Below, piece after piece: positions 62,270 to 64,000 of a stretch of DNA of 64,000 nt (its first letter is position 1; each line of letters starts with the position of its first letter). The stretch covers positions 736,001 through 800,000 of the forward strand of contig CBDCKW010000009.1 in assembly GCA_965218435.1 (NCBI GenBank), given 5' to 3'. Source of the DNA: Truepera sp. (GTDB lineage: Bacteria; Deinococcota; Deinococci; Deinococcales; Trueperaceae). Under the pieces are notes generated by a model. The model was given only the letters and a program-made list of their open reading frames with translations. It was not told the DNA's origin and did no database searches. The translations under genes and the position numbers were made by a program.

Positions 62270-62986
62270 TTAATTTTCTTGTGCTCCGATTATATCCCAC
62301 CGCGTCACAATCCCGAGCAGTGCTTGATGCTCTTTGCCCGCCTCGGTAATCAGCGCCGCTTCTAACAGCGGGTTTTTCTCGAATAGGTAAACCACCTCGT
62401 CAAGCGTTTCGTTGCGCCCGACAAACACGTAATTGCTACGCTTTTGTTCGGTCTCGAGCAAATCTTTAACTTCAAAGTCGCCTAGTTCAACCAAAGATTC
62501 ATGATCTTGCACATACTGCGACAGCCACCGCGTGATGCCGTTTTCGGTGAGCAACCCGGCAAATCTGTTCTGCTCGTAAACGGGAAACTGCGAAAAATCG
62601 TGCTTGTGAATCAGTCCCAAAACAGCTTCGACGGCTGTACCTGTAGAGATTTTGACGACTTCGTTTTGCCGCGACTCTGAATAGGCCGTTTCGGGTGAGG
62701 TCAGCCGCTGGTAGATGGCTTCAATTCGGTCAACGACTTCGGGCGTAGGAATGGCGGCGTAGCGGTAAGCCGACACTTTGTCATGAACGATGACGTTGCG
62801 GAGTTTGGAGAGCCGTTTAAGTTCTGCGCCGTCGCGCCAGCTGCGGGTACGCTCTTCATAGCGGTACAAGATAGAGCTGAACGTGCCGTCTAGGTCAGTA
62901 CGCTCGCGTAGTTCGCGGTCAATGCGGTTGTAAGCGGCTTCAAAACGCTCGAGTAAGCTCTGCTCATCGTCTGAAAGTTTGTACAC
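62270..62986 (-). CDS. HEPN-like helical domain fused to a CBS pair
   Basis: LRNVIVH (Rx4H); FSQFPVY, GLLT, LLGIVTRWD CBS motifs; GTG start inferred. Confidence 0.72.
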   Translation of the reverse strand: MYKLSDDEQSLLERFEAAYNRIDRELRERTDLDGTFSSILYRYEERTRSWRDGAELKRLSKLRNVIVHDKVSAYRYAAIPTPEVVDRIEAIYQRLTSPETAYSESRQNEVVKISTGTAVEAVLGLIHKHDFSQFPVYEQNRFAGLLTENGITRWLSQYVQDHESLVELGDFEVKDLLETEQKRSNYVFVGRNETLDEVVYLFEKNPLLEAALITEAGKEHQALLGIVTRWDIIGAQEN

Positions 62987-62987
62987 G

Positions 62988-63542
62988 CTAAGATTCCTCA
63001 AAGATTTCAGCCAAAGGCAAAACCCAACCGGGAATGACGTCTGCACCCTCGAGCCGCCCTTCATCCCGAACCATACGGATATTGTCTAAACTTCGGTAAA
63101 CCGTCGCCGTGCGCGTCTGCGGATTTATCGTCACGACCATCCGAACACCGTAAAAAAGCCACATCTCAACTTTTTCTTCAACTTCGCTGAAGCGGTCGTT
63201 CGGTGAGACGATTTCAACGGCGAGGTCGGGTGGGCCGGGGAAGTAACCGGTATCGGGGAGATTCTCGAGCCTACTTGCCGCAACAAACGCCACGTCAGGC
63301 GCACGTACCGTATCCGGGTCTTCGGTAAGCTTAAAACCTGTTTCGGCAGCGTAAACTCCGCCTAGCTTGTTGGCCTTGACATGTAGACCTAAAGATAAAG
63401 CGATTTCATGAGCAACGTGTCCGTGTTGGTGTCCGGCTGGGGCCATCTCTTTTAATTCTCCTTGGACGAGTTCGCGGCGCAGCTGACCCCGTGGCAGCTC
63501 GAGCAACGCTTCAGCACTCATCAACTTTGGTTGGGTGGTCAT
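62988..63542 (-). CDS. Uma2 family endonuclease
   Basis: ELVQGEL.EMAP, RAPDVAFV, PDLAVEIVSP. Confidence 0.9.
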   Translation of the reverse strand: MTTQPKLMSAEALLELPRGQLRRELVQGELKEMAPAGHQHGHVAHEIALSLGLHVKANKLGGVYAAETGFKLTEDPDTVRAPDVAFVAASRLENLPDTGYFPGPPDLAVEIVSPNDRFSEVEEKVEMWLFYGVRMVVTINPQTRTATVYRSLDNIRMVRDEGRLEGADVIPGWVLPLAEIFEES

Positions 63543-63557
63543 AAGCCAGTATAGAGC

Positions 63558-64000
63558 TTACAAATATCGCTCGAGCCCCCGCGCCACCGCCAAAGCCCGC
63601 ACTTCCCAATCCCCGCTCATCTCCGCGTCCCAGCACGCGGATAAGACCATATGAACAAAGCCCCACGTAGCGAGTTCTTGCCGGTCTAGGTTGAGCATTT
63701 CGCTGAAGGTCTCGAGGCGACTCGGCAAAAGTGCAATCAGTTCTTCGGCGTTGGCCTGCATGGGGTTGTGGAAGTATGTCCCTACGTCGTAGCCCTTTGC
63801 GCCAACGATGCCTTTGGGGTCAATCGCTAAAAAAGGCTCTTTCGTCGCCGTGAGAATGTTGCCGTGATGCAAGTCGGCGTGAAGTAAAACGGGGTCTTTA
63901 TCGGGGCCAAGCTCGAGCAGCAACTTCTGCGCTCGTTTTTGCAAATCAGCCGGAATGCTTTCATAGTCTTCCCAAAGCGCCTGTGCCCAGCTCGTCAGCG
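63558..64000 (-). CDS. Aminoglycoside/hydroxyurea resistance phosphotransferase-like kinase, APH(6) family (partial)
   Basis: LLHADLHHGNIL, AIDPKG; frame open to the window edge. Confidence 0.8.
   Translation of the reverse strand, partial: LTSWAQALWEDYESIPADLQKRAQKLLLELGPDKDPVLLHADLHHGNILTATKEPFLAIDPKGIVGAKGYDVGTYFHNPMQANAEELIALLPSRLETFSEMLNLDRQELATWGFVHMVLSACWDAEMSGDWEVRALAVARGLERYL

Overview
Chromosomal window from a moderately GC-rich bacterium, most likely Deinococcota and Truepera-like. This is an inference from the three-GSPII PilF next to yqeG and pilT, near-leaderless promoters and protein style. The left core region (1-13.3 kb) carries secG, tRNA-Leu(CAA), dusB, a dipeptidase, a SAM-I riboswitch with metY-metX, a Liv-type ABC importer and a GntR regulator. 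An accessory island of about 32 kb (13.3-45.2 kb) starts at an IS5-family element that truncates the genes on both sides. It contains a type I RM locus with a half-length HsdS and an embedded MazEF pair, an R2K-type ATP-grasp gene, a catalytically dead integrase-like gene, and a sugar ABC/rhamnosidase cluster. It continues with a tRNA-Ala 3' att fragment, a decayed tyrosine integrase interrupted by an intact group II intron (39356-41764), an HTH/RelE TA pair and nested IS remnants. The right core region holds leuC-methyltransferase-leuD with a Leu attenuator, a DUF3618/holin-like stress operon, yqeG-pilF-pilT, tatD, rlpA, trpBA with a Trp leader peptide, and an APH-Uma2-HEPN/CBS-orphan antitoxin cluster. 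The most striking window-wide signal is the palindrome CTCGAG: about 135-140 copies by manual count against about 20 expected.
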